A stretch of 60,452 nt of DNA, counting the filler. It is 3 parts of 3 records of this genome, joined end to end, with 100 filler letters (N's around TTAATTAATTAA, not from the genome) between each part and the next. Parts side by side here need not be neighbours in the genome. Positions count along the whole stretch, not along the records: positions 27,994 to 40,499 come from SRR20825006_1556; 2 more parts are not named here. The stretch is one strand, 5' to 3'. Numbering within the stretch: position 1 is the first letter of the stretch; each line of letters begins with the position of its first letter. The notes beneath the pieces were generated by a model. The model worked only from the letters and a program-made list of their open reading frames with translations. It was not told where the DNA came from and searched no databases. Positions 30,527 through 40,399 of this stretch are shown piece by piece. Position numbers and translations under genes: made by a program.

Positions 30527-30561
30527 TTCTGTCTAGTAGAATTATGTTCTATTATATAGAA
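30527..30561. promoter_or_regulatory. tandem IclR-type operators
   Basis: TTCTGTCTAGTAGAA (30527-30541) and TTCTATTATATAGAA (30547-30561) between the divergent CoA-transferase and IclR genes. Confidence 0.7.
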
Positions 30562-30631
30562 TATTGGATGATCACGAAACGCCAACCACACCCATACGGG
30601 GCATTACCCCAGCACCGGAAGTACATTTTTC

Positions 30632-31312
30632 ATGTCGGAACAAAATGTTAGTGCCGTTGAACGGGCCTTGAAAATTCTTGATGTTTTCACGGATCAGGAC
30701 CCTGACCTGTCCCTAAAAGAACTGGCAGAACGCACCGGCATGTATAAAAGCACCATTTCAAGACTGGCGGGAACTCTGGAGTCTTGCGGTTTCCTGATGC
30801 TGTCCGGTCGTGGACGATATCGACTTGGTCCTGCCCTGTGGCGCTTGGGATCCATTTATCGGCGGTCTTATCGCATGGATGATATTGTCCGCCCTTATCT
30901 GTCCATACTGGTCAAGGAAAGCGGTGAAACAGCATCGTTTTACGTCCCCGAAGGATCCAACCGTCTGTGCCTGTTTCGCGAAAATTCACCCAGCAGCCTT
31001 CGCCATCATCTCGAAGAAGGTGCCATATTGCCCTGTGATCGCGGTGCCGCCGGCCATGTCATTCGTGCCTGGGGGGATGGTGTCGATGACCGTGCAATAG
31101 AAGTCCTCGGTGACAGGTTCGCCCAAAGCGAAGGGGAACGCGATCCTGATATCTCTGCAATCGCAGTCCCTGTCCTTGATCGCCAGAACCATCTTTTAGG
31201 CGTTTTAACTTTATCCGGACCAAGCAGCCGGTTCACCAAAGATAAGCGCGACAACCTGTTGGTATCATTGCAAAGACATGCAACGGATTGCGGCAAACAA
31301 CTATCCGCATAA
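30632..31312 (+). CDS. IclR family transcriptional regulator
   Basis: AVERALKIL HTH, SGETA, GAAG and AIAVPV...LTLSGPSSRF. Confidence 0.95.
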   Translation: MSEQNVSAVERALKILDVFTDQDPDLSLKELAERTGMYKSTISRLAGTLESCGFLMLSGRGRYRLGPALWRLGSIYRRSYRMDDIVRPYLSILVKESGETASFYVPEGSNRLCLFRENSPSSLRHHLEEGAILPCDRGAAGHVIRAWGDGVDDRAIEVLGDRFAQSEGERDPDISAIAVPVLDRQNHLLGVLTLSGPSSRFTKDKRDNLLVSLQRHATDCGKQLSA

Positions 31313-31383
31313 TCCGCCATATTCTGTCACCTGTGCCCACATTGCATATATCATGTGAACTTTTTTCACCCAATTGCGCGCAA

Positions 31384-31416
31384 TGACAGGTTGATGACAG
31401 GTTCTGCTGCTAACGT
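31384..31416 (+). promoter_or_regulatory. OmpR-type (TctD-like) direct repeat plus -10 element
   Basis: TGACAGGTT at 31384 and 31395 (11-bp period), then TGC-TAACGT at 31408-31416. Confidence 0.6.
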
Positions 31417-31632
31417 CTTCGCACTGCCGATCCGGGAGTTCAAAAGAACCCCTTGGAATAAACAAAAAGAATATCGGCAAGGGAGATCATCATCAAATCC
31501 GCAGACACAGAGCACAAATGCATCTGAAACGCGGGGATTGGGTTCTTCCTTGCTGAAGTTTTGTTCCTAACGATCGGCCGGCCACCACACGGGTGGCTGG
31601 GGAAAATGCTTTAGTGTCTGGAGGAGACCCTG

Positions 31633-32631
31633 ATGAACAAGCTGACGATGTTCTCACGTCGCGGATTTATTGCTGCAGCAACTGTTGTTGCTGTTTCGAC
31701 TGCTGCATTTGGCGCAATGCATGCCAAAGCTGCAGAAATGGATGAACTTCACTTCGTCATTCCGGGCGGCGCTGGCGGCGGCTGGGACGGTACGGCACGT
31801 GGTACTGGCGAAGCCCTGACCAAATCCGGTCTGGTTGGCACTGCATCTTACGAAAACATGTCTGGCGGCGGCGGCGGTAAAGCCATTGCTTACATGATCG
31901 AAGCAGCCGACCGTCTTGATAAGACCCTTATGGTCAACTCGACCCCGATCATCGTACGTTCGTTGACCGGTGTCTTCCCGCAGTCCTTCCGTGACCTGAC
32001 CCCGATTGCAGCAGTTGTTGCTGAATATGCAGCTTTTGCCGTTGCAGCAGACAGCCCATACCAGTCCTTTACCGAAGTTGTTGATGCCGTCAAAGCAGAC
32101 CCAAGCTCGGTTAAGTTCGGTGGTGGTTCTGTGCGCGGTGGTATGGACCATATCGTAGCTGCCTATGCAGTTCAGAAAGGCGGCGGCGACGCCAAACAGG
32201 TTAAATACATTCCGTATGATGCTGGCGGTAAAGCAATTGCTGGTCTTCTGTCGGGTGAAACCGAAGTTCTTTCAACGGGTCTTGGCGAACTTCTTGAACT
32301 GGCCAAAGCTGGTCAAATCCGCATCCTTGCAGTGACCTCGACCGAACGCGTTGAAGCAGCGCCAGACGTACCGTCGCTTGGTGAACTTGGCATTGATGCC
32401 GAGTTTGTTAACTGGCGCGGTTACTTTGGCTCCCCGTCTCTGTCTGACGACAAAGCGGATGCCTATGCAGCTGTTCTCAAAGACGTTCAGGCAACTGAAG
32501 CATGGGAAACCGTTCGTAAGCGTAACGGCTGGGAAAAAATCTACAAAGGTCGCGCAGAATTTTCCTCCTTCATGGAAAATCAGGAAAAGGTCGTTGGCGA
32601 TCTGATGCGTGATCTCGGCTTCCTGAAATAA
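31633..32631 (+). CDS. tctC: tripartite tricarboxylate transporter substrate-binding protein
   Basis: PGGAGGGWDGTAR, YIPYDAGG and NWRG motifs; Tat-like SRRGFI signal; GGAGGAG SD. Confidence 0.93.
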   Translation: MNKLTMFSRRGFIAAATVVAVSTAAFGAMHAKAAEMDELHFVIPGGAGGGWDGTARGTGEALTKSGLVGTASYENMSGGGGGKAIAYMIEAADRLDKTLMVNSTPIIVRSLTGVFPQSFRDLTPIAAVVAEYAAFAVAADSPYQSFTEVVDAVKADPSSVKFGGGSVRGGMDHIVAAYAVQKGGGDAKQVKYIPYDAGGKAIAGLLSGETEVLSTGLGELLELAKAGQIRILAVTSTERVEAAPDVPSLGELGIDAEFVNWRGYFGSPSLSDDKADAYAAVLKDVQATEAWETVRKRNGWEKIYKGRAEFSSFMENQEKVVGDLMRDLGFLK

Positions 32632-32674
32632 GCCTTTAAAACACAAGTAAAAGATCTCCGAAGGAAACCACGCC

Positions 32675-33163
32675 ATGTCCATCAATCGCGACAAATTCGG
32701 CGCACTGCTATTTCTATGTCTTGCGCTGATTTATGGCTTCTACGTAAGTGACATTCCACTGCTGTTTGGTGACGAGGATGCCCCGTTTAATGCCAGAACC
32801 CTCCCTAATGCCCTTGCCTGGATACTGGGCGTGGTTTCCTTCATCCAATTGGTAATGCCGGCCAATCAAGAGGCCGGCAGCCTTTCCAACGCCTTTCGCG
32901 GACTGAAATGGGGACGCGTTGTCGTCCTCGCCATTCTGATGGTGTTTTACGGTCTGACGATCCGCCAACTTGGTTTTCCGATTTCAACATCGCTGTTCTT
33001 GATGGGTGGCTTTTATACCCTTGGCGAACGGCGTCCTCATGTTCTGATTTTGACGGCGGTTCTGGTCACGCTCGCATTCTGGGGATTGCTTTATGCGATG
33101 GGCATTTACCTGACCCCGGGTGATTTCTTCTACTATCTTGGTTGGATCTCAAACGATGCTTGA
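32675..33163 (+). CDS. tctB: TTT small membrane subunit
   Basis: Hydrophobic multi-TM protein with LGFPIST, between tctC and tctA. Confidence 0.88.
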   Translation: MSINRDKFGALLFLCLALIYGFYVSDIPLLFGDEDAPFNARTLPNALAWILGVVSFIQLVMPANQEAGSLSNAFRGLKWGRVVVLAILMVFYGLTIRQLGFPISTSLFLMGGFYTLGERRPHVLILTAVLVTLAFWGLLYAMGIYLTPGDFFYYLGWISNDA

Positions 33164-34691
33164 TGGAATTTTTGCAGGTCTTTCGACCGCTGTTATGCCA
33201 ATCAACCTTTTGATGGTTGCCGTTGGCTGTTTCGCAGGCACCTTTATCGGGATGCTTCCCGGTCTTGGCCCAATCACCGCCATTGCCCTTATGATCCCGA
33301 TCACCTACGGGTTTGATCCGTCAACCGGTCTGATCTTGATGGCCGGTGTGTATTACGGGGCAATCTTTGGTGGCTCCACCTCATCCATTCTGATTAATGC
33401 ACCGGGTGTTGCCGGCACGGTGGCAACCGCTTTTGACGGCTATCCGATGGCGCAAAAAGGCCAAGCCGGTAAGGCATTGGCGATTGCTGCCTATTCGTCC
33501 TTCTCGGGCGGAACGATTGCCGCGATCTTCCTGTTGGTCGCAGCCCCGGTCTTGGCATCTGTGTCGCTTTCGTTCCAGTCGGGTGATTATTTTGCCCTGA
33601 TGGTTCTGGGTTTGACGGCGGTATCTGCGTTTGCAGGCAAAGGTCAGGTTCTCAAAGCAATCACCATGACCCTGTTTGGGATCATGCTTTCAACCATCGG
33701 GACTGATCCGGCTGCCGGTGTCGCACGCTTTACCTTTGGCAGTGTCGATCTTATTGACGGTATCAGCTTCCTGTTGCTTGCCATGTCGACCTTTGCCCTG
33801 TCCGAGGCACTTCTATCGATCCTGCGCCCGACCAAAGATACGCGCAGTGCTGAAGAAAAGGCGCTTAAAAGCCTTGGCTCGATGAAGCTGTCCAAGGAAG
33901 AAGTAAAGATTATGGTGCCGGTCATCGGTCGCTCGTCGATCCTTGGCTTCTTTACCGGTGTTCTTCCGGGTGCCGGTGCGACCATTGCGTCGTTCCTTGC
34001 CTATGGCATGGAACGTAATCTGGCTTCGGCCAAAGAAAAGCTGAAATTCGGCAAAGGATCAATCCGTGGTCTGTGCGCACCTGAAACCGCAAATAACGCG
34101 GCATGTTCTGGTTCGTTCGTACCGCTCCTGACCCTTGGTATTCCCGGCTCTGGAACGACGGCCGTGATGATGGGCGCGCTGATTTCATATGGCGTTCAGC
34201 CCGGCCCGCGTCTGTTTGTTGAACAGCCTGCCGTTTTTTGGTCAGTAATCATTTCGATGTATATCGGCAATGTGGTGCTTCTGGTTCTGAACCTGCCGCT
34301 TATCCCGTATATCTCGCGTTTGCTTGCCCTGCCCCAGCAACTGCTGGTGCCGTTCGTTCTGTTCTTCTCGTTGGTTGGTGTTTATCTGGTGACCTTTAAC
34401 ACCATGGACATCCACATGATGGTGCTTGCTGCGGCGATCGCAATCGGCCTGCGACTTCTGAACTATCCGATGGCGCCGATGCTGCTTGGCTTCATTCTTG
34501 GCAAAATGATGGAAGAAAACCTGCGCCGTGCACTGGCGATTAGTGACGGGTCGCTGTCGTTCCTTTGGGAACGCCCGATTACGCTGGTTATTTTGATCAT
34601 CAGTGCTGTTTTCCTTGCTGCACCGCTTATTGGCAATCTTCGTGAGTGGAAGCGCAGCCGGAAAACCGTTCCCAATGACGGCGAACTCTAA
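33156..34691 (+). CDS. tctA: TTT large membrane subunit
   Basis: GMLPGLG, YYGAIFGGS, PETANNA and LTLGIPGS. Confidence 0.95.
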   Translation: MLDGIFAGLSTAVMPINLLMVAVGCFAGTFIGMLPGLGPITAIALMIPITYGFDPSTGLILMAGVYYGAIFGGSTSSILINAPGVAGTVATAFDGYPMAQKGQAGKALAIAAYSSFSGGTIAAIFLLVAAPVLASVSLSFQSGDYFALMVLGLTAVSAFAGKGQVLKAITMTLFGIMLSTIGTDPAAGVARFTFGSVDLIDGISFLLLAMSTFALSEALLSILRPTKDTRSAEEKALKSLGSMKLSKEEVKIMVPVIGRSSILGFFTGVLPGAGATIASFLAYGMERNLASAKEKLKFGKGSIRGLCAPETANNAACSGSFVPLLTLGIPGSGTTAVMMGALISYGVQPGPRLFVEQPAVFWSVIISMYIGNVVLLVLNLPLIPYISRLLALPQQLLVPFVLFFSLVGVYLVTFNTMDIHMMVLAAAIAIGLRLLNYPMAPMLLGFILGKMMEENLRRALAISDGSLSFLWERPITLVILIISAVFLAAPLIGNLREWKRSRKTVPNDGEL

Positions 34692-34726
34692 GACCACACG
34701 CTAAAAGGCGCGAAGGATACTGGTAG

Positions 34727-36409
34727 ATGCGTTTTCTTGATAATCTGTCGATTGGGCCCAAAACACTTTTGGTTCCGGTCTTCCTTATGATCGTCATTAT
34801 CGCGATGGGTATTGCAACAGTTGCAACTCTTCAAAGCGAGAAAGACACGCTCACCAGCCTTCGCGTCGAAGCATATGAACGGCGATCTGATGCGCTGACA
34901 CTCAGCAACGCACTGAACGAAGCTCACGGATCGCTGTTTCGAATTCTCACTTGGGATTCCAATGGCATTAATGCCGCTGTGGTTCCCGAGTTACGGGAAA
35001 CCGTTAGTAAGCTCTCAGCCGAACTGGCACCAATGGCTGAACGGCTTTCGGTTGTTGGCGGTGATGGTTTCACGGAAAATTACGCAAAATACATGGAACA
35101 GGTTGACCAGTTCCTTGTTGAAAGCGAAATGAACATCTATGGCGCGTTGGAAGTCATCGCAAAAGCAGATGAAACCTTTCAGGCCCTTCAGGTGCCGCTG
35201 AACGAAATCCTTGTCCAGTCTCATGACGTCGCCACCACCTCATTTGCAGCCGCCTACTCACAGGCCGAGGCACTGCAACGTGTCTTCGTTATCGTTGCCA
35301 TTCTGGTGGTTGTTATTGCGGGAATTTTTTCGATTTTCGTGTCACGCCGCATTTCACGACCGATGACCACGATCGCCAAACTGATCGAACAAATCTCCAA
35401 TGGTGATCTTGATGTCAATATTGCGGGTGGACAGCGTGGCGATGAAATCGGAACTGTTGCCCGCTCGGTCACCGTGCTGCGCGATCAGTCCAAAGAAGCC
35501 GAATTGCTGCGTCAGGAGCGTGAGCGTATCCGTGCTGTTGAAAGCCAACGTCAACAAAACCTGATCGAAGCAACCAATCATTTCCAGCGTTCCGTTCAGG
35601 AAGCCCTGTCCGGATTTGACCGTGAATTTGGATCGCTCAATGGCTCGGCCAGCGACATGGAACAAATCGCCACCCATGCAAGTGCACGCTCTGCCGATGC
35701 CAACCAGCATTCCGAACAGGTTCTTCACCATATCGAAGCAGTGTCCCATACAACGGCTAGTTTGTCCGAAGCCATCGCTGAAATCGGTCAGCAGGCCCAA
35801 AACTCCGCCGAAGTTGCCGGTCGCGCACGGTCTGAAAGTGAAAATTCCCGCGCGCTGTTTGAACAATTGACCAACGCCACCCAACGGATTGGCGATATTG
35901 TCGGTCTGATCGAAGAAATTGCCAGTCAAACCAATCTGCTTGCGCTCAACGCCACCATCGAAGCAGCCCGTGCAGGCGATGCAGGCAAAGGATTTGCAGT
36001 CGTCGCTGGCGAGGTTAAAAACCTTGCATCCCAAACCGCACGCGCGACCGAAGACATTGCAAACCAGGTCGAAGAAATTCGCGGCCTGACCGATAACGTG
36101 GTCTCAGCCCTTCATAGCGTTGCTGATGTCATTGGCGAGGTCGATCAATCCGCTGCGGCGATTGCAGCAGCCGTTGAAGAACAACAGGCATCAACAGCTG
36201 GTATTTCCGAAAGTATTCAGGATGCCAATGGCGGCATGCGCACAGTTGCCGAGGCCGTCGGGGCCCTTGATAATGAAACCGCACGCGTTCATAACGGGTC
36301 GGAAAACGTCACGCGCGCGACCAGCACGCTGAATACCGAAGCATCCCGCCTGCGCGACGCGATTGACGGTTTCCTTGAACAGATCAACAAGAACAAGGCC
36401 AGCGCGTAA
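34727..36409 (+). CDS. methyl-accepting chemotaxis protein
   Basis: Two TMs around a helical sensor domain, HAMP, and [30 protein letters not shown]. Confidence 0.96.
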   Translation: MRFLDNLSIGPKTLLVPVFLMIVIIAMGIATVATLQSEKDTLTSLRVEAYERRSDALTLSNALNEAHGSLFRILTWDSNGINAAVVPELRETVSKLSAELAPMAERLSVVGGDGFTENYAKYMEQVDQFLVESEMNIYGALEVIAKADETFQALQVPLNEILVQSHDVATTSFAAAYSQAEALQRVFVIVAILVVVIAGIFSIFVSRRISRPMTTIAKLIEQISNGDLDVNIAGGQRGDEIGTVARSVTVLRDQSKEAELLRQERERIRAVESQRQQNLIEATNHFQRSVQEALSGFDREFGSLNGSASDMEQIATHASARSADANQHSEQVLHHIEAVSHTTASLSEAIAEIGQQAQNSAEVAGRARSESENSRALFEQLTNATQRIGDIVGLIEEIASQTNLLALNATIEAARAGDAGKGFAVVAGEVKNLASQTARATEDIANQVEEIRGLTDNVVSALHSVADVIGEVDQSAAAIAAAVEEQQASTAGISESIQDANGGMRTVAEAVGALDNETARVHNGSENVTRATSTLNTEASRLRDAIDGFLEQINKNKASA

Positions 36410-37530
36410 TGAGCGAAACACAGGACGGTCCATCCAAAGACAGTTGGATCAATCGATTTTCCAGTGTTTTGACACCGCGCTTTTTCAAAAACCTGTCCAT
36501 CGCCCTTGGGATTGGTCTTGTGGGTGGCCTGATCGCTCATTCTATCAATATGCCACTGGCTTGGATGATGGGGCCAATGTTGGCCACCTTCGTCGCAAGC
36601 TTGCTGCGTGTGCCGATGGGGGTTCCGATGCAGTTTCGGTCCGTCATTCTGGGCGTAATCGGTGTGTTCCTTGGCGCATCCTTTACCCCGGACACGCTTG
36701 AACAGGCGGCGCGCTGGCCGATCAGCATGATTGCCGTTCTACTATATGTCCCGATCATCACCCTGTTTATCACCTGGTTTTATACCAAGATCGCCCGCCT
36801 TGATCCGGCAACCGCCCTGTTTTCCGCCACCCCGGGTGGCCTAACGCCGATGGTGGTTCTTGGTGCGGCCGCAGGTGGCAATGAACAGGAAATCGCCCTG
36901 ACACAAGGTTTGCGGGTTTTGTTGCTTGTGATGTCGGCCCCCTTGATCATCCTTCTGATGACCGGGGTTGTCGCAAGCGGACATGGCGATAGCCAAGCCG
37001 TGCAAATGACGCTTAACGAAGGCCTGCTTACAGCCGTTTGTGCCGTCATTACCGTTTTGGTGTTTCGTAAGCTTCGCATTCCGGCCGCCTATATGACGGG
37101 TGCAATGGCCGCCAGCATGGTTTTGCATGTGACCGGGACCGTCGAAGGTAACCTTCCTGACTGGTTGCTTGCCGGAAGCTTGCTGATCCTTGGATCGGCA
37201 ATTGGCAGCCGGTTTTCCGGGGTGAAGCTTGCGGTTTTGGGGCGGCTTGCCGGTTATTCGATTGTTGCCACTGTCGTTGTTCTTGCCTTTACCGGTGGTG
37301 TGGCATGGTTTGTTTCACAGTGGCTTGATCTTGATTTCATTGCTGTGTTGCTGGCATTCGCACCAGGTGGCGTTGCCGAGATGTCTTTGATTGCGCTTGC
37401 CCTGAATGTCGAGCCAAGCTTTGTTGCATTCCACCATATTGTGCGCATTTTCGAAATCGTGCTGCTGGCACCGATTATGGCCAAGTGGTTCCAGCGTCAT
37501 ATGCAACGCAAGTCAGGCACAACAATCTAG
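36409..37530 (+). CDS. AbrB-family (AidB regulator type) duplicated membrane protein
   Basis: Internal duplication PLAWMMGPM/PAAYMTGAM and SATPGGL/AFAPGGV; start overlaps the MCP stop (TAATG). Confidence 0.88.
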   Translation: MSETQDGPSKDSWINRFSSVLTPRFFKNLSIALGIGLVGGLIAHSINMPLAWMMGPMLATFVASLLRVPMGVPMQFRSVILGVIGVFLGASFTPDTLEQAARWPISMIAVLLYVPIITLFITWFYTKIARLDPATALFSATPGGLTPMVVLGAAAGGNEQEIALTQGLRVLLLVMSAPLIILLMTGVVASGHGDSQAVQMTLNEGLLTAVCAVITVLVFRKLRIPAAYMTGAMAASMVLHVTGTVEGNLPDWLLAGSLLILGSAIGSRFSGVKLAVLGRLAGYSIVATVVVLAFTGGVAWFVSQWLDLDFIAVLLAFAPGGVAEMSLIALALNVEPSFVAFHHIVRIFEIVLLAPIMAKWFQRHMQRKSGTTI

Positions 37531-37626
37531 GGTCCAGACGTCAGTTTAACGCCCTGCCGTGCCAATATTTTCAGAAGAGCCAATTTCGATGGACTGCCCA
37601 CAAGGGCGCTAAAGCGACCGACTGTT

Positions 37627-38106
37627 TTAGTCGCGCTTCTCAACGATGACGTCATGATCAAGAACCGGTGCAACATCGATATCGCTGGCATCCATCATGC
37701 CGGATACGCGCTGCAAGGCCGCAATCAGGAACGTTTGTTCCCATTCTTCCAGACCGTTGAAATTATCGGAAAAACGGTCATGTAGCGCCATTGGCGCACG
37801 GTCAAGAATGGTCCGTCCGTGATCCGTCAGGCGGACAAACACTTTACGCTTGTCGCTATCCCCTCGTTCACGGGTCACAATTTCCATCGCCTGAAGTTTA
37901 TCAACCAACGAAGTTGTTGATGCTTGCGCAAGATTGACCTTGGCAGCAATCTGCCCGACCGTCATTTCACCGAATTCTTCCAGAGACTGCAGAACCAGAA
38001 GCTGCGAGGTTTTTAACCCGGTGATTTTACCAAGTTTTTTGGCGTGGATATCGCTCGCACGTAGAATACGGCGAATAGAAATCAACGCTTCATGCAATTT
38101 ATCCAT
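37627..38106 (-). CDS. ectR: MarR-family ectoine biosynthesis regulator
   Basis: GLKTSQLLVL, DKRKVFVRLT and FLIAALQRV; divergent from ectA. Confidence 0.85.
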   Translation of the reverse strand: MDKLHEALISIRRILRASDIHAKKLGKITGLKTSQLLVLQSLEEFGEMTVGQIAAKVNLAQASTTSLVDKLQAMEIVTRERGDSDKRKVFVRLTDHGRTILDRAPMALHDRFSDNFNGLEEWEQTFLIAALQRVSGMMDASDIDVAPVLDHDVIVEKRD

Positions 38107-38197
38107 TATGACGTTCCGGGCATCAATTATTGTTCTGTTGCAACTGACCTTTTAGCTCCAGAACCGGTAATCCGCAACGGTTTAAGCACAATATCCT

Positions 38198-38409
38198 TCG
38201 ATGTACGATATTTTATTTCATCGATTTTCGTTATTTTAATGAAAGAATGTTTCCTGTGGTGGGGTATATTAGTATCGACGGTCGATAAATTATTCTTTCT
38301 ATATATTTCAGTTACTTAGCCGCCTTTACAGGAAATTCATAGTCAGGGGGTTGATCAATTTACATCGTTATTCTATACATCTCTCGCGACATAAATGATC
38401 GCATATCGA
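38198..38409. promoter_or_regulatory. repeated TCG-N5-CGA boxes (putative EctR operators)
   Basis: 38198-38208, 38273-38287 (TATCGACGGTCGATA), 38399-38409; near-match at 38221-38231. Confidence 0.55.
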
Positions 38410-38430
38410 AATAACAGAGCAGGCAGACCG

Positions 38431-38979
38431 ATGAAAATTGCCAACACAAACGGCAATACCGGCCACAAAGCCAACCTGATTATCCGAAAACCCAAGGCCA
38501 CTGATGGTGCGGCAGTCAACAATCTGATCGCCGAGTGCAAGCCTTTGGACGAAAATTCAATGTATTGCAACTTGCTGCAGTGCTCGCATTTTGCGGACAC
38601 ATGCGCGGTTGCCGAACTGGATGGCGAAGCCGTTGGCTTTGTGTCTGGCTACATCGTCCCAAACAAACCTGAGCAGCTTTTTATCTGGCAGGTTGCCGTT
38701 TCCCCGAAAGCCCGTGGCCTTCGGCTCGCGAAACGCCTGATCCTTGACATTCTGGATCGCTCGGCATGCCATAACGTGAATCAGCTGAACACGACGATTA
38801 CGTCGACGAATGCCCCGTCGCAGGGTGTATTCCGTTCCGTCGCACGTGAACTTGGCGCTGACGTTAAACGCAGAGTTCAGTTCGAACGTGAAACGCACTT
38901 CGAAGGTGCCGCTGCCAGTGAAATTCTGTGGCAGATCGGTCCGTTCGAGCGCGAAGACGTCGAACGCGTCGCGGCCTGA
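38431..38979 (+). CDS. ectA: diaminobutyrate acetyltransferase
   Basis: PLDENSMYCNLLQCSHF, LFIWQVAV and TTITSTN. Confidence 0.95.
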   Translation: MKIANTNGNTGHKANLIIRKPKATDGAAVNNLIAECKPLDENSMYCNLLQCSHFADTCAVAELDGEAVGFVSGYIVPNKPEQLFIWQVAVSPKARGLRLAKRLILDILDRSACHNVNQLNTTITSTNAPSQGVFRSVARELGADVKRRVQFERETHFEGAAASEILWQIGPFEREDVERVAA

Positions 38980-39106
38980 TCCGACCGAACCCATTTTCAC
39001 CACCTTGATGAACAAAACGGCGTTGTCCGTCGATGGAACATCCGGTCCGCCGGAACGTTTGGCATGACAGGTGGACTTGACTTTTCCCAATCTGAAAGAG
39101 GGAACT

Positions 39107-40390
39107 ATGACTGTATTTGATCGCCTTGAATCGGAAGTTCAGAGCTACGCACGCTCCTTCCCTGTCACCTTTGATAATGCCGAAGGTGCATGGCTCACCG
39201 ACCTTGATGGCAACCGTTATCTTGATTTCCTTGCTGGTGCTGGCAGCCTTAACTATGGCCACAACCATCCGGTCCTGCAGGAAAAGCTGATTGATTACAT
39301 CAAATCAAACGGCATTACCCATGGTCTGGACATGCATACCAAGGCCAAGGAAGCCTTTCTGACCGCGCTTGAAACCAAAATATTCAAACCGCGTGACATG
39401 GAATACAAAGTTCAGTTCACCGGCCCGACCGGCACCAACGCTGTCGAAGCCGCCCTGAAACTTGCGCGCCGTGTCAAAGGCCGTGAAACCATCATTTCGT
39501 TCACCAACGGCTTCCATGGTTGCACGCTTGGTTCACTTGCCATTACCGGTAATGAGCACCATCGTGGTGCCGCTGGCGTATCGCTTGATAATGCTGTTGC
39601 GGTTCCGTTTGATGGCTATATGGGCGATGGCGCAGATACCACCGAGTATCTTGATCGCGTTCTTTCGGACAATTCCAGCGGTATCGCCCTTCCGGCTGCA
39701 GTGATTGTTGAAACCCTTCAGGGTGAAGGTGGTCTGAACGCTGCTGATTTCGGCTGGTTAAAAAACCTTGAGAAAGTCTGCCGCAAACACGACATCCTGC
39801 TGATTGTCGATGACATTCAGGCTGGTTGTGGTCGTACCGGCACGTTCTTCAGCTTCGAACCGGCCGGCATCAAGCCGGACATGATCACGCTGTCGAAGTC
39901 GCTGTCGGCCTATGGCCTTCCGCTTGCAGTTGTTCTGATCAAGCCGGAATTCGATGTTTGGCATCCGGGTGAACATAACGGCACCTTCCGTGGTAACAAC
40001 CACGCGTTCGTAACTGCCGCGACCGCCCTTGATCATTTCTGGTCAGATGACAAATTTGCAGCCGATGTGCGTGACAAGGCCGAATTCCTTGGCAACCGCC
40101 TTGATGAGATCGCCGAACGTTATGGCGATGGCAAGCTTTATCGCAAAGGCCGCGGCCTGATGCAGGGTATCTGCTTTGAAAGCGGCGAACTGGCATCAAA
40201 AGTCACCAAGGAATGCTTCAAGCATAATCTTGTGATTGAAACCAGTGGTCCGGAAGATGAGGTTGTCAAATGCCTTGTACCGTTGATCATCACCAAGCAA
40301 GATCTTGCACATGGTCTGGACATCCTTGAATTGGCAACGGCCAAAGCCATGGGCAAGGATGTTGTACCAGCCAAAGCAGCAGCTGAATAA
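39107..40390 (+). CDS. ectB: diaminobutyrate--2-oxoglutarate transaminase
   Basis: ESEVQSYARSFP, FTGPTGTNAVEAA and PGEHNGTFRGNN; GAGGG SD before ATG 39107. Confidence 0.97.
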   Translation: MTVFDRLESEVQSYARSFPVTFDNAEGAWLTDLDGNRYLDFLAGAGSLNYGHNHPVLQEKLIDYIKSNGITHGLDMHTKAKEAFLTALETKIFKPRDMEYKVQFTGPTGTNAVEAALKLARRVKGRETIISFTNGFHGCTLGSLAITGNEHHRGAAGVSLDNAVAVPFDGYMGDGADTTEYLDRVLSDNSSGIALPAAVIVETLQGEGGLNAADFGWLKNLEKVCRKHDILLIVDDIQAGCGRTGTFFSFEPAGIKPDMITLSKSLSAYGLPLAVVLIKPEFDVWHPGEHNGTFRGNNHAFVTAATALDHFWSDDKFAADVRDKAEFLGNRLDEIAERYGDGKLYRKGRGLMQGICFESGELASKVTKECFKHNLVIETSGPEDEVVKCLVPLIITKQDLAHGLDILELATAKAMGKDVVPAKAAAE

Positions 40391-40399
40391 AACAAGTTT

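Noticed and set aside
35354-36034. 226-aa antisense ORF inside the MCP, and other shadow ORFs such as 15729-16313, 17082-17606, 24315-24842 and 38557-39090
   Set aside because: Fully overlap well-supported genes on the opposite strand and show no recognisable motifs
39059-39077. Sigma-54 promoter upstream of ectB (TTGGCATGACAGGTGGA)
   Set aside because: The -24 element is plausible but the -12 position reads GG, not the required GC
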